Positions 17,908 to 28,176 of a stretch of 64,000 nt of DNA are shown here, piece by piece (position 1 is the stretch's first letter; each line of letters starts with the position of its first letter). The stretch lies in the IMG/VR virus record IMGVR_UViG_2049941000_000847; one strand, given 5' to 3'. The translations under genes and the position numbers were made by a program. The notes below the pieces were generated by a model, which was given only the letters and a program-made list of their open reading frames with translations, did no database searches and had not been told where the DNA came from. This DNA comes from an uncultured virus (IMG/VR IMGVR_UViG_2049941000_000847). Taxonomy: Duplodnaviria; Heunggongvirae; Uroviricota; Caudoviricetes.

Positions 17908-19938
17908 GTGAAATCCTTGTCAAAAACGGAAATTGAGTTTCTCGACTCTTTGAAGAAAATCGGCATCTCGAAGTCTCTGTGCGAGTCGGTGAACGGCATA
18001 CGGAGAGCCGTTTTCGAAAACGATACGGTTGGAACGCATGGAGTGCTTATGTCCGACGAAGACATCGCCGAGCAGTATAGCGGCTGGTGGATCGGTAGCA
18101 TCAAAATGTATAAAGACGGTGATGTCGGGCTTGAGTTCTACTATCCAAACGCCGACGATATCGACTATGATTCCTATACGTACATGATTATCGGGAAGCA
18201 TCATGACGGCCGGTATTATGACAAAAACGATAACTGGACACCGGAAAGCGAGTTCAAGCGCATAGTGGATGTGGTCAAGCTGGCAAAGAATGTGTTGAAG
18301 CCTGAAGAAGATATCGTTTTCAACAACAAGGAAGAGTTCGATAACTGGGTAGAAGAGAACAGCAGAAAGGTCGGCGACGTTTTCGAATCCATGGAAGACA
18401 CCGACTACGAGAACCCCCTGAGCATGTACGGTGTTCCGATGTCCGAACGGGAAAACATTAAAAAGCAGACGGACGCATTCAGTTCTTGGATGTGTCGCAA
18501 CAACAAGTATGGGATTCTCGCCAACGACTATTTCAAAGGCGGTGAAACACATGATGAAGTTATTGTTGAACTCGCTAAAGAAGCATCAAGAGATTCTGGT
18601 ATGGAAATATCATTTGATGCCGCGAAGCGTGTCGTGGATTCAATTTTCGGCTATGTCAGCAAGGCGATGGAGATGAAACACAAGGAGGATTTGACTATGC
18701 CCCGTAATGAGGCTGAAATTAGAGAAAACTCCGATGGCTATCTTTTCCTTGAATCCATCTGCTCCATATGCGACAAGGCCGAAGCGAGCGCCATCATAAC
18801 CGTGTTCAATGCGGTGTACCCGGAACACGCGATAAGCGAGTCGACAAACAACATACGGAAGGAGGTTTTCGAAGGTGCCGGTGATATAACTTGTGGTTTT
18901 GATCCGGAATCTGCTATCAGAGATTATGAAGATTACTGCGATGAACAGAGCATGATTAGTGAATGCAGAGATGAAATTGCGAAAAAATACTTCAAGGAAT
19001 TGTGCGATCATATCGATGATCTTGAAAATGAGGCATGTTATGTATGGTCGAGATTTAAAAATGCAATACGCGATGGCGTTCAAGGCGAAGAATTAAAGGA
19101 AATCGAGAAAGAGTATCATCGGTATGCTACCGAGATGAAGGTGTCGCTAAATGAACTAAAAGACAAAGTAAACGAAAAGATTATAGAACTAAATAAATCC
19201 AATCCAGATGAGTACCCGCTGGTATTGATTGAATCTCGCTTAGGTGAAATGTTCGCCCCTGCGATGAAAAAGGTAAAGAACGTTGCTCTCGCTGGTGCGC
19301 TGGCGGGCAACATGGCGCTTGCCCAGCCAAGCGACAACGCGGAATACGACCAGACCGCCGACAACACCGACGCTCCCGCCTACTATGAAGACGGTTGGGA
19401 CAACATGACCCAAGACAAGTTGAACGCGCTCAACAGGGAAGTCGGTGCAAAGGTGACGGTGGTCGGAGACAGCCCGATCGCAGACATATCCGACATGGGT
19501 TATCTTGAACGGCAGAAGAAGGACGTAGACAAATACAAATACGTTGACATGGACGAACTTTTCTCCAACGAGGTCGGGCGCGTCTCCTCTGACCATGACA
19601 GAGACTTCGTGATGGGGTTCGGTCACGGGGAATCCGGTGACATACATGAAGCCGCCAGACTTGCCGCTGCCGCCGCGGAAAAGGATTTCCATGAGGTCAT
19701 GTCGGACGAGATGGAGTTGATAAATTACGCAAACGCACACTCTTCCAATGTCGACCTCCCTCTCAGCGAAAACGATGAATTGTACGACGTGAAGTACTTC
19801 TACGACGAAGAATCGCAGGTGTATCACGCGTTCGTGATGACGGTCGAGCGCGGCTATACAGAATGGGCCCTCGACCACAACATGGAAAGTTCTTCAAGCG
19901 CCTCTGAGCGCATGAACAGGATCTCGAAGATCAGGTAG
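17908..19938 (+). CDS. Leader-family (type A) multi-module acidic protein with internal leader copies
   Basis: N-terminal EIEFLDSLKKIGISKSLCESVNGIRRAVFEN; internal FLESICS..AISESTNNIRKEVFEG; internal signal-like MKKVKNVALAGALAGNMALA. Confidence 0.8.
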   Translation: MKSLSKTEIEFLDSLKKIGISKSLCESVNGIRRAVFENDTVGTHGVLMSDEDIAEQYSGWWIGSIKMYKDGDVGLEFYYPNADDIDYDSYTYMIIGKHHDGRYYDKNDNWTPESEFKRIVDVVKLAKNVLKPEEDIVFNNKEEFDNWVEENSRKVGDVFESMEDTDYENPLSMYGVPMSERENIKKQTDAFSSWMCRNNKYGILANDYFKGGETHDEVIVELAKEASRDSGMEISFDAAKRVVDSIFGYVSKAMEMKHKEDLTMPRNEAEIRENSDGYLFLESICSICDKAEASAIITVFNAVYPEHAISESTNNIRKEVFEGAGDITCGFDPESAIRDYEDYCDEQSMISECRDEIAKKYFKELCDHIDDLENEACYVWSRFKNAIRDGVQGEELKEIEKEYHRYATEMKVSLNELKDKVNEKIIELNKSNPDEYPLVLIESRLGEMFAPAMKKVKNVALAGALAGNMALAQPSDNAEYDQTADNTDAPAYYEDGWDNMTQDKLNALNREVGAKVTVVGDSPIADISDMGYLERQKKDVDKYKYVDMDELFSNEVGRVSSDHDRDFVMGFGHGESGDIHEAARLAAAAAEKDFHEVMSDEMELINYANAHSSNVDLPLSENDELYDVKYFYDEESQVYHAFVMTVERGYTEWALDHNMESSSSASERMNRISKIR

Positions 19939-19941
19939 GTA

Positions 19942-20503
19942 TTGGACATGAAGATAGAGATAAGAAAGGTTGACGTGTGTGTTCGCAAGAAAGAAGATGC
20001 CGATTTGTGCAAACCTCTTAAAGAGCTGCAGGAAATCGTCGACGAGTATGTCAAGGACGCCGCGAGCCAGTTCGATGAAATCGCCAGCGACAAGGACGCG
20101 ATTTACCAGGTCGCCAACATAATCGACAACGCCGGTCTGGCCATAAAGAAGTATGGCNNNNNNNNNNAACATAATCGACAATGCCGGTCTGGCCATAAAG
20201 AAGTACGGTCGAGACGAACACTTCATCACGAGCTCCAAACCCAAGATTACGTTCAAGTGCGCCGGCGGCCGATACCAGATATGCGCACAATATGGCATAT
20301 TCGAACTGAACGATGAAACCGAGGCGATGGAATGCGATGCCGTTCTCGACATCATCATAACGACAAATACATGGGGGAACGACCTTCTTAATTACGACGA
20401 TGACAAGAGTCGTCCGACGTTTATTCGCGACAGGGAAAAGGAAAAGCTGTTGAATGCCAGCGATTTCTGCAAGATTGTCCAGAATGAGGTGAATGAAATT
20501 TAG
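19942..20503 (+). CDS. Hypothetical protein (frame broken by gap with a 40-nt overlap duplication)
   Basis: ORFs 19942..20316 and 20153..20503 share NIIDNAGLAIKKYG on both sides of the gap. Confidence 0.6.
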
Positions 20504-20528
20504 TTATTTTAGTTATTTGAAAATTTTG

Positions 20529-20556
20529 AGCGGTGGTCTTTTGATCGCCGCTTTTA
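20529..20556 (+). terminator. Terminator hairpin
   Basis: AGCGGTGGTC-TTTT-GATCGCCGCT followed by TTT. Confidence 0.6.
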
Positions 20557-20606
20557 ATTTTTCGCTGAGCGAATAGGTGTGCCAATAGATAAACTATATT
20601 ATAGAC

Positions 20607-21191
20607 ATGAACGGCGGCAAGATGAGAAAACGACGATCAACTGCTCCAGAAACCGGCAAGACGAAGACTAAGCCTCATGTGACGATAGAGAAGACCGACA
20701 CGATGATGGTCGAGATTCCGCTTTGGTTGATAGGCGAGGTGAACGACGACAGCGTAAAGGAGTTGATCGCGCAGATAGACCAGATCAATTCCAGCGTGAA
20801 GCCAGAGAATTTGAAGAACACGTACATCACGCTGAACATTTCGTCCGAGGGCGGGGACGTCTATTCCGGGTTCGCATTGATAGACTCCATCAAGAACAGC
20901 CAGGTGATTGTGCATACTCATATCGCGTCGGTAGCGATGTCCATGGCGGCTGCCATATTCATGGCAGGCACTATTCGCACGTGTTCAAAGTGGGCGCAGA
21001 TGATGATACACCACTTCTCGGTCGGGGTCGCGGAGACTCCTCCGAAGAACGTGCTCATAAGCGGGAATGGAATGCTTGCGCTGGAAAAGCACTACGAGGC
21101 GATGTTCAAGCCTTTGAAGCTGGACGAAAACGACAAGTACTTGTACGCAAACGACCTGAAGCGGTTGAAGTGGGTTCAGAAGATCATATAG
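20607..21191 (+). CDS. ClpP-like serine peptidase
   Basis: LIGEV, ISSEGGDVYSGFALID, AMSMAAAIF (catalytic Ser), MMIHH (catalytic His), DKYL. Confidence 0.85.
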   Translation: MNGGKMRKRRSTAPETGKTKTKPHVTIEKTDTMMVEIPLWLIGEVNDDSVKELIAQIDQINSSVKPENLKNTYITLNISSEGGDVYSGFALIDSIKNSQVIVHTHIASVAMSMAAAIFMAGTIRTCSKWAQMMIHHFSVGVAETPPKNVLISGNGMLALEKHYEAMFKPLKLDENDKYLYANDLKRLKWVQKII

Positions 21192-21212
21192 AATAGTATT
21201 TTTGGTGGAACT

Positions 21213-21572
21213 ATGTATATAAGTCCCAAAAGGTCGGCTAAGGTCAATAGAGTCAACGCCGTCATGAACGAAGTGTTCGACCGTCTTCGTGGTCACTTCG
21301 TCAAGGACAAGATCAAGTACGAATTCGAGCAGGGAGACGAGAGTCCGGATGTCTCCCACGTGTTCGTCGTGTATCTTAACGATGGATCTAGGATAACTCT
21401 TCATAAGTCCATCGCGCAATCAAAGCACAGGTTCGTCGAGATCAACATAGACGATGCCAGCGACGAGCTCCAATTTCCGGAATCTTGCCCGTCAATTTAT
21501 TGCGACGGAGAGATAGACGACTCCAAACTGAGGCAGATGGAGTCCATGCTGGATCGATTTTTAAATGATTAG
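21213..21572 (+). CDS. Hypothetical protein
   Basis: Open frame following the ClpP-like gene. Confidence 0.6.
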   Translation: MYISPKRSAKVNRVNAVMNEVFDRLRGHFVKDKIKYEFEQGDESPDVSHVFVVYLNDGSRITLHKSIAQSKHRFVEINIDDASDELQFPESCPSIYCDGEIDDSKLRQMESMLDRFLND

Positions 21573-21865
21573 TCTTCTTCTCTGTTCTTCAGGGTGAGCT
21601 GTAGCGTGGTGGAGAGCTCGGCTACCTTGATAGAGAGTGCTTGAACTGCTTCTCGTTGGTCTTTCAGCTCTTCTCTCAGAGCACCAATTTCTTCGCGGAT
21701 AAGAGTTTGTATGGCGTTTACCCTCTCGTCTATGTCTACTTCAAGAGCTTTTATGCGTCTTTCGTGGTCGTTTATGGTGTGTTTTAAGGAACCAACCCAT
21801 ATGGCAACTGTTATGATCGCCGTCACTGGCGCCCACAGTACCTTGAATGCATCGATGAATTCCAT
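21569..21865 (-). CDS. Single-TM coiled-coil protein (holin/XhlA-like candidate)
   Basis: TM segment LWAPVTAIITVAIWVG, then HERRIKALE coiled coil; late motif at 21895-21902. Confidence 0.6.
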   Translation of the reverse strand: MEFIDAFKVLWAPVTAIITVAIWVGSLKHTINDHERRIKALEVDIDERVNAIQTLIREEIGALREELKDQREAVQALSIKVAELSTTLQLTLKNREED

Positions 21866-21892
21866 GGATTTCTCCACTGGCAACACACAACT

Positions 21893-22099
21893 TTAGTTTA
21901 TAAAAATTTGTTTGGAAAACTTGAGTTCGCGCCGGCGNNNNNNNNNNGCTCGCTTACGCTGGAAAAACTCTTCGTCGGTCTCGAAAACTCCGCTCTGTGG
22001 TTTCATTCCGCGCATTGCATCGAGGTCTCCATTGACCTCTTCGTAAAACGAATCGGTCTTCCAGTCTTCTTCGTGGGTGTCGCGTAATTCTTTCGACAT
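21893..22099 (-). CDS. Small hypothetical protein (gap inside)
   Basis: MSKELRDTHEEDWKTDSFYEE; start overlaps the upstream stop. Confidence 0.45.
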   Translation of the reverse strand: MSKELRDTHEEDWKTDSFYEEVNGDLDAMRGMKPQSGVFETDEEFFQRKRXXXXRRRELKFSKQIFIN

Positions 22100-22377
22100 C
22101 AGAGCAGACCTATTATCAACGGTATCACGTTTTTGCCGATGTAAAGCAGGCATGCTCCGGTGACAGAACCGAAGAAAAGCAATGCGGTGGAGAAGGCGAT
22201 GGCGAGATAAATCGTCCGTTTCAAAATGAGACGGCCTTCGCCGATATCATACGCTCCGAGTCTGGAGAGCAGATTCAGTATTTCTGTGATGACAAACAGG
22301 TAGATTATCTGGAGTATGTTGAGGTATCCGTCAGCGTTGTCCGGTGGAAACGATTTGATTTTGGTTTTATCTGCCAT
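22099..22377 (-). CDS. Small membrane protein
   Basis: Two hydrophobic segments; AAATAACCTATATT motif at 22384-22397. Confidence 0.6.
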   Translation of the reverse strand: MADKTKIKSFPPDNADGYLNILQIIYLFVITEILNLLSRLGAYDIGEGRLILKRTIYLAIAFSTALLFFGSVTGACLLYIGKNVIPLIIGLL

Positions 22378-22457
22378 GCTAACAATATAGGTTATTTTAA
22401 CGACTGGTTACCAGTTAGTTTATTATAAACTATTGTCAAGCGACGCCGAGTTATATC

Positions 22458-24087
22458 ATGAATAAAGCATTTNNNNNNNNNNNNNNNNNNNNNNNNNNNN
22501 NNNNNNNNNNNNNNNNNNNNNNNNNNNNNNNNNNNNNNNNNNNNNNNNNNNNNNNNNNNNNNNNNNNNNNNNNNNNNNNNNNNNNNNNNCGTTTTGCGTG
22601 GATATTTAGCCTGCCATCCGATTTTCGAGGATGCCGAAGGTCGTGCTGCCAGCAAAACAAGAGACTTTATCAGGACTAGAATCGGCGAAGACCGTTCCAG
22701 TGAGATAGCTAGGGACGAACGTGGGAAGCCTATACTGACGGCAAGTGGAAAAGAACAAACGGTTGTTGATTATTTTGAACGCCAGATCCGCGACATGTTC
22801 TTCCATAATGAATACGCCAACATCAAATTTGAACCGGGCGTTGCCAGGATCATGTTCGATGATATGCGGATTCAGCAGGAAAACTACGATGTCAGAAGAA
22901 TAGAGACGCTAAAGGGGATCCTAAAAATCATCAGTAGTGCCCATGCAGATGAATATGATGCTAATCTCAATGGCATGTCGTTTGAACAACTCAAAGATCG
23001 CTTTGGCGAAAACATGGCGGCCGCGTCCGAAGCCGATTATGAAAGAGTCAGCTCCGCGACATACACCAAGAATGATTCATACAAAATCGTAGAGATACAT
23101 TCATTCTACGAAGCCAAGAAGTATTACAAATACACCAATCCAAACAGCAGGTGGTGTTTGACTCACATGGAAAACATGTGGGATACATATACTGGGAATG
23201 GTGGAAACAAGGTCTATTTCGTCCTCAAGGACGGGTTCGAAGATATGAAACCGGTCAAGGGGGAGAATTGCCCTCTTGACGAATACGGATTATCAATGAT
23301 ATGCATCATTGTGACAAACGATATCGGTGATGAGGACAGACCAATGCTGTGTACCTGCACATGCAGATGGAATCACGATAATGGTGGGTCTGACCAAGTC
23401 ATGAACGTCGAGCAGATCTCAAACGTAATCGGCGAATCGTTCTATAACGCGTTCAAGCCGTTCTCGTTGGAAGAACTGCATGCCAAGGGGATTTATACTT
23501 TCAGAGAGAAGCTTGAAAAGTATAATGAGACACATGACATAAGTTTGTTCGATTATGTTGCCTACGACTTCTACGACGGATATGCCGAGGTCAAACTGAA
23601 CGGAAAATGGAACTGGATCGACAAAGACGGGAATCTCCTATGGAAAGGCGAGAAGTGGTTTGATGAGGTCGGCACCTTCAATGAAGGATATGCCAAGGTC
23701 AATCTGAACGGAAAATGGAACTTCATAGACAAGGACGGGAATCTCATATGGAAGGGAGAGGAGCGGTTTGATTATGTCTACAACTTCCATGAAGGATATG
23801 CCGTGGTAAAACTTAACGAAAAAGGATGGAACTTCATCGACAAGGACGGTAATCTCCTGTGGAAAGGTGGGGGGATGCGGTTTGATCATGTTTGGAGCTT
23901 CAAAGAAGGATATGCCAAGGTCGATCTGAACGGAAAATGGAACTTCATAGATAAGGACGGGAATCTACTATGGAAAGGTGATGAGTGGTTTGATGAGGTT
24001 GACGCCTTCTATAAAGGATATGCCAAGGTCAGCCTGAACGGAAAATGGACCTTCATCGACAAGGAAGGAAAACTGCACGACAGCTGA
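22458..24087 (+). CDS. Leader-family (type B) WG-repeat protein, paralog 2 (gap in leader)
   Basis: MNKAF..LRGYLACHPIFED; middle domain YKIVEIHSF..WCLTH..WDTY..LDEYGLSM..CRWNH; about five 36-aa GYAxVxLNGKWNFIDKDGNLLWKG repeats. Confidence 0.85.
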
Positions 24088-24153
24088 TTCAAGGACTCCT
24101 CCAAATTTGGCTTAATATAAACTATAGGCAGCTATTATACGTTCCAAAACGCC

Positions 24154-27100
24154 ATGCAAAGAGTAACCATAACGAATCGCGGTCTCTCGCTCCTCGCCTC
24201 ATCCTCCGAGGCAACTGGTCAGTACTATTGGCTAGGTTATTACGCCCTCGCGTATGTGCCCAGCATCTGGAAGAACGAGGAGGTCGAATTCCCGTCGAAT
24301 GGTCAGGAATGCCTGAACGTAAACGGCGAGCAGAACATAGAATCTACCGATACGGACCAGATATCTCCCGCGATGACCAGGCTCACCAAGTATGGCGACA
24401 TGATATACAACATCTGGCAGGGGTCTTCCGCAAAAACGGCGACCGCGAACCCAGAGGAACCGACTTCATTCTACACAGACATCAAGCGGTTCTACAGATA
24501 CGTTCTCGACGAGAACGGAAACAATACACTGGTGGCGTGGACGGTTGACGAAACGGATGGTGCCGGAAACCCGATCTACATCGGCAAGCACGTGTATCGC
24601 GGTACCGACGGATACACCAAGAGCACGATGTACATTCCCGCTCCCCTGTATTATCTCGGCGATACATACGGGAAGCTCGCCACATCGAACTATTTCAAGG
24701 AACTGCCTTCGTTCGAGGAAACCAGCGGCGTAACCGGAAACGGATCCGACATATACCCGTACATGGAAGTGACTCTGTCAGACGGATCCACCGAACTGAC
24801 CGTTCCGGAAGTGACAACCGATTACCGCGCATACAAGGACAGCGCCGGTACGGAAAGCTCGTACGACACGTACAACGTTCCGAGCCAGTATTTCGACAGC
24901 AAGGGAATACTTCCCGAAGTGACCGGAAGCCTCGACAGCACCTCATGGGTGGCGGCCAAGTGGACTCTTACTCCCGACTTCGATCCGAGCGGCGACTTCT
25001 CCGTAGTGTGCTCTGAGTTCTGGAAGCTGTGGAGCATATCAAATTACAACAGATACAACGCTCCGGCCGGAAGCATCGGCGCGTCGATGAGCAGCGAGTT
25101 CAACACAAGGAACTTCTCGAAGCTGACCAAGTTCTTCCCGATCGAATCGTACAACGTTGTGAGCAGCGAGCGCGGGATAAGCGCGTCCGGTGGAAACGTG
25201 GAAGTCGCCACGGCGCTGAAACTTGGCATTTCGATCAACCTTTCCTCCAGAATGGAAAACGACGCGCGGCAGTACGACCGCAGCGGTATGTCTGAGCAGC
25301 ACCCGAGCGTTTTGGTCGACGGGACGGAAACCCCGAAGGACGAAAACGGGAAGAACATATTCGAGTCGACGCACGTTTCGTTCAAGTTCAACAGAATAGG
25401 CATATACGCCGTTCCGGTGATGAAGGCTCCTGTCGTGAACGGAAAGGGGAGCGGTGAGATCGCCGGCAAGAACGTGACGCTTCAGTACCAGATAGACCCG
25501 GATGGGGAACCGGTTCTGTTTGCTGTGATCGACTGGGACAACACGATAACCCTGTCCGATACCGGAGATGGGATACACGAATTCGAAGCAGAGTTCAATG
25601 TGAACCTGGAAGCCCCGGACGGGTCGGTGGACTCTTCGCTCGTTCGAGACACTAGCATATTCTACAACATCTACCAGACACCAGAACTGAAGTGGTACCA
25701 GAACCAGCTGATCGCCACCGCTTCGACGGCTAATGCCATCACCGAGCTGGGCCTTGAACTGGCCGCGATGAGAACTCGGATGGACGCACTGAACACCGTG
25801 TGTTGCGCTTTGCCGGAAAAGTCGGATGGGGGGAACAACGGGAACGCCGGATCCGGATATTTGCGCAACCTAAAGGATGCCGCTAGAGCGACCGATGGTG
25901 GTCTGCGCGGAGTGGATACTCTTGAAGAAAAGGACGGGTACGAACTTGGTGTGGATTCGATCGCGCTTGGTACAGGCACCGGAGCGGCTGGTATCGCGTC
26001 GTCTGTTCTAGGTGGAAGTAGCAATACGATTGATGCAGGCAGCAATACCAGTGCTGTAGTCACTGGCTCCTCGAATAAAATCGAAGGAGCCGTTTACAGC
26101 TCCATAGTTGGCGGTCTTTATAATAAGATCGACGGTACCACGGATTCTACCATACTAAACGGCATGTCAAATACTGTAAATAGATCAAATCATAGTTCAA
26201 TCGTCGGCGGAAATGCTTGCGTCATTAGCAATTCATTCTATTCAGCCATCGCAGGCTCTAAGTCGTCCACCTTACATGATGAAGCGAGTGCATCTGGGAT
26301 ATTCGCATCCGAGTTGTCTGACATCAGCGGTCCGATGAATAGCTCTTATGCATATGTGCAAACTGGCAATGCTCCTACTAGCAATAATTCTGCAATTTTG
26401 GGCGGATATTGGAACCACATTTCAAGAGGTATTGGGACAACGATCATTGGTGGTTATGTAAACTGCATCAACAGCGGATCAAGCAGCACCGACATAGTGT
26501 CGTCCACAATAATCGGAGGCAATAACAACAACATAACCAATGGCCAAAACGACTTTAGCGCCATAATAGCAGGTAGGCAAAATGTAATAAACAGAACATC
26601 CGGATACTCGATCATTGTAGGTGGTTGGGGCAATGCCATATCTAGCGGCAGCAACAGCTCTGTAAATGGTGGATATAACAGCATATTCTCCGGGAATAGC
26701 AATACCATATACGGGACATCAAACAACTCTATCGTTGCTGGCGGTTTGCTGAATGTCATAAGCAACTCCGGGAGCTATAACGCCATAATATCTGGTGAAA
26801 AAAACTCTATAAGAGGATCCGCGAATTCCGTTGTGTCTGGCGGCTTCTTCAATGTCATAAGCACAACCGGGTCTCATAACGGCATATTCTCCGGCGACGA
26901 AAACACAATTACACAAGGCGGAAAGGGCAATGGATATGCTCCTGGGACCGGCGGTGCCGATTCGGTGGCCTCTTCCATCTTTGGTGGCGAACAAAACTGC
27001 GTGAACGGCGCGTCGTATTCGTCTATAGTCGGCGGGCAGAGCAACTACATAGGATATGCGGATGTTCTCAGTTCGGCAACGGCCTCCGTGGGATCTGCTG

Positions 27101-28161
27101 TCGTCGGCGGCTACCACAACTATATATACGGAGATGACAACTTTGTCGGTTCTTCCTCCAATGCAAACGTGTACGGGAAGTTCATAACCATTTTAGGCTC
27201 TTCCGATGATGGTAGTGGAACGTATCTCAACGCTTCTGGAAATTATTCAACAATACTTGGTTCCACCGACGTACTGTTGACAGGCACAAGATCCACCGTC
27301 ATCGGGTCGCATACCGTAAATTGTTCGGGAACCGGATCGACGGTCATTGGATCTGGTTGGATAAATTCTTCCGGAGCCTACTCCACGGTAATAGGATCAA
27401 ATTACGTTAAGTCGACGGACAACTACGAGTTGGCATATTCCGGCGACTACGACCACGATACAGCGAGACTAATAGTTGACGACTCGCATTCTAGCATTTA
27501 TTCCTTCAGCGGCGTTGGGAACGTCACGTATGGATCGAACTATTGCTATGCGGACGTTCCGATGTATCATCATAAAGACGGATTGTTGAAACTTAAACCA
27601 AACTCGGCATACAGCTGCGTCGCCACCGTTACCGGTGTATATTCCGGTGGTCAAAACGATGCCATAGGAAACCAGCTTTCCAACATGTGTGGATATGCCA
27701 ACGGTTCGGAAGGGGCTCTGGTCGGCGGCGTCAATTCTGTCGTATACACCAAGATCTTCGCTTTCACGGTGATAACAAATGCCGACGGCAGAGTGATGAT
27801 GACATGTTCTTCGAGCGGTAGTGCTACCGATGGAAACAGACATGTAAGAACTGGTACATTTAAATTCTTTGAACCAGGATCGTCAAGCGCTCCGGCGGAA
27901 TACACGGCTACGCGAGGATCCACGCTGTATGCCGGATGCGCCGGATGGCAACCAACAATTCCTGGTTGGGAGTCTCAGATATACGTCGCAACAGACATAA
28001 CTCCAGACACCAGCGGAAGCGGTGTTATAAAAACCGACACATCGATAATGTTCCAGGCGAGATTCTATCTGCCTGGAGTGGAAAGTGGACCGAGTCGATC
28101 CATGTTCGCGCGTGCAAAACTCGAATGTGAAAAGATAGTGGCGATACCGCAGGTTGGGTAA
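24154..28161 (+). CDS. Large virion structural protein (baseplate/tail-fibre-like) with YadA-like SxIxGGxxNxI repeats
   Basis: N-terminus MQRVTITNRGL (tail-fibre-like), FKFNRIGIYA, many SAI[LI]GG..N.I repeats; late motif at 24116. Confidence 0.7.
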   Translation: MQRVTITNRGLSLLASSSEATGQYYWLGYYALAYVPSIWKNEEVEFPSNGQECLNVNGEQNIESTDTDQISPAMTRLTKYGDMIYNIWQGSSAKTATANPEEPTSFYTDIKRFYRYVLDENGNNTLVAWTVDETDGAGNPIYIGKHVYRGTDGYTKSTMYIPAPLYYLGDTYGKLATSNYFKELPSFEETSGVTGNGSDIYPYMEVTLSDGSTELTVPEVTTDYRAYKDSAGTESSYDTYNVPSQYFDSKGILPEVTGSLDSTSWVAAKWTLTPDFDPSGDFSVVCSEFWKLWSISNYNRYNAPAGSIGASMSSEFNTRNFSKLTKFFPIESYNVVSSERGISASGGNVEVATALKLGISINLSSRMENDARQYDRSGMSEQHPSVLVDGTETPKDENGKNIFESTHVSFKFNRIGIYAVPVMKAPVVNGKGSGEIAGKNVTLQYQIDPDGEPVLFAVIDWDNTITLSDTGDGIHEFEAEFNVNLEAPDGSVDSSLVRDTSIFYNIYQTPELKWYQNQLIATASTANAITELGLELAAMRTRMDALNTVCCALPEKSDGGNNGNAGSGYLRNLKDAARATDGGLRGVDTLEEKDGYELGVDSIALGTGTGAAGIASSVLGGSSNTIDAGSNTSAVVTGSSNKIEGAVYSSIVGGLYNKIDGTTDSTILNGMSNTVNRSNHSSIVGGNACVISNSFYSAIAGSKSSTLHDEASASGIFASELSDISGPMNSSYAYVQTGNAPTSNNSAILGGYWNHISRGIGTTIIGGYVNCINSGSSSTDIVSSTIIGGNNNNITNGQNDFSAIIAGRQNVINRTSGYSIIVGGWGNAISSGSNSSVNGGYNSIFSGNSNTIYGTSNNSIVAGGLLNVISNSGSYNAIISGEKNSIRGSANSVVSGGFFNVISTTGSHNGIFSGDENTITQGGKGNGYAPGTGGADSVASSIFGGEQNCVNGASYSSIVGGQSNYIGYADVLSSATASVGSAVVGGYHNYIYGDDNFVGSSSNANVYGKFITILGSSDDGSGTYLNASGNYSTILGSTDVLLTGTRSTVIGSHTVNCSGTGSTVIGSGWINSSGAYSTVIGSNYVKSTDNYELAYSGDYDHDTARLIVDDSHSSIYSFSGVGNVTYGSNYCYADVPMYHHKDGLLKLKPNSAYSCVATVTGVYSGGQNDAIGNQLSNMCGYANGSEGALVGGVNSVVYTKIFAFTVITNADGRVMMTCSSSGSATDGNRHVRTGTFKFFEPGSSSAPAEYTATRGSTLYAGCAGWQPTIPGWESQIYVATDITPDTSGSGVIKTDTSIMFQARFYLPGVESGPSRSMFARAKLECEKIVAIPQVG

Positions 28162-28176
28162 AGAGGCTCATTCGCC

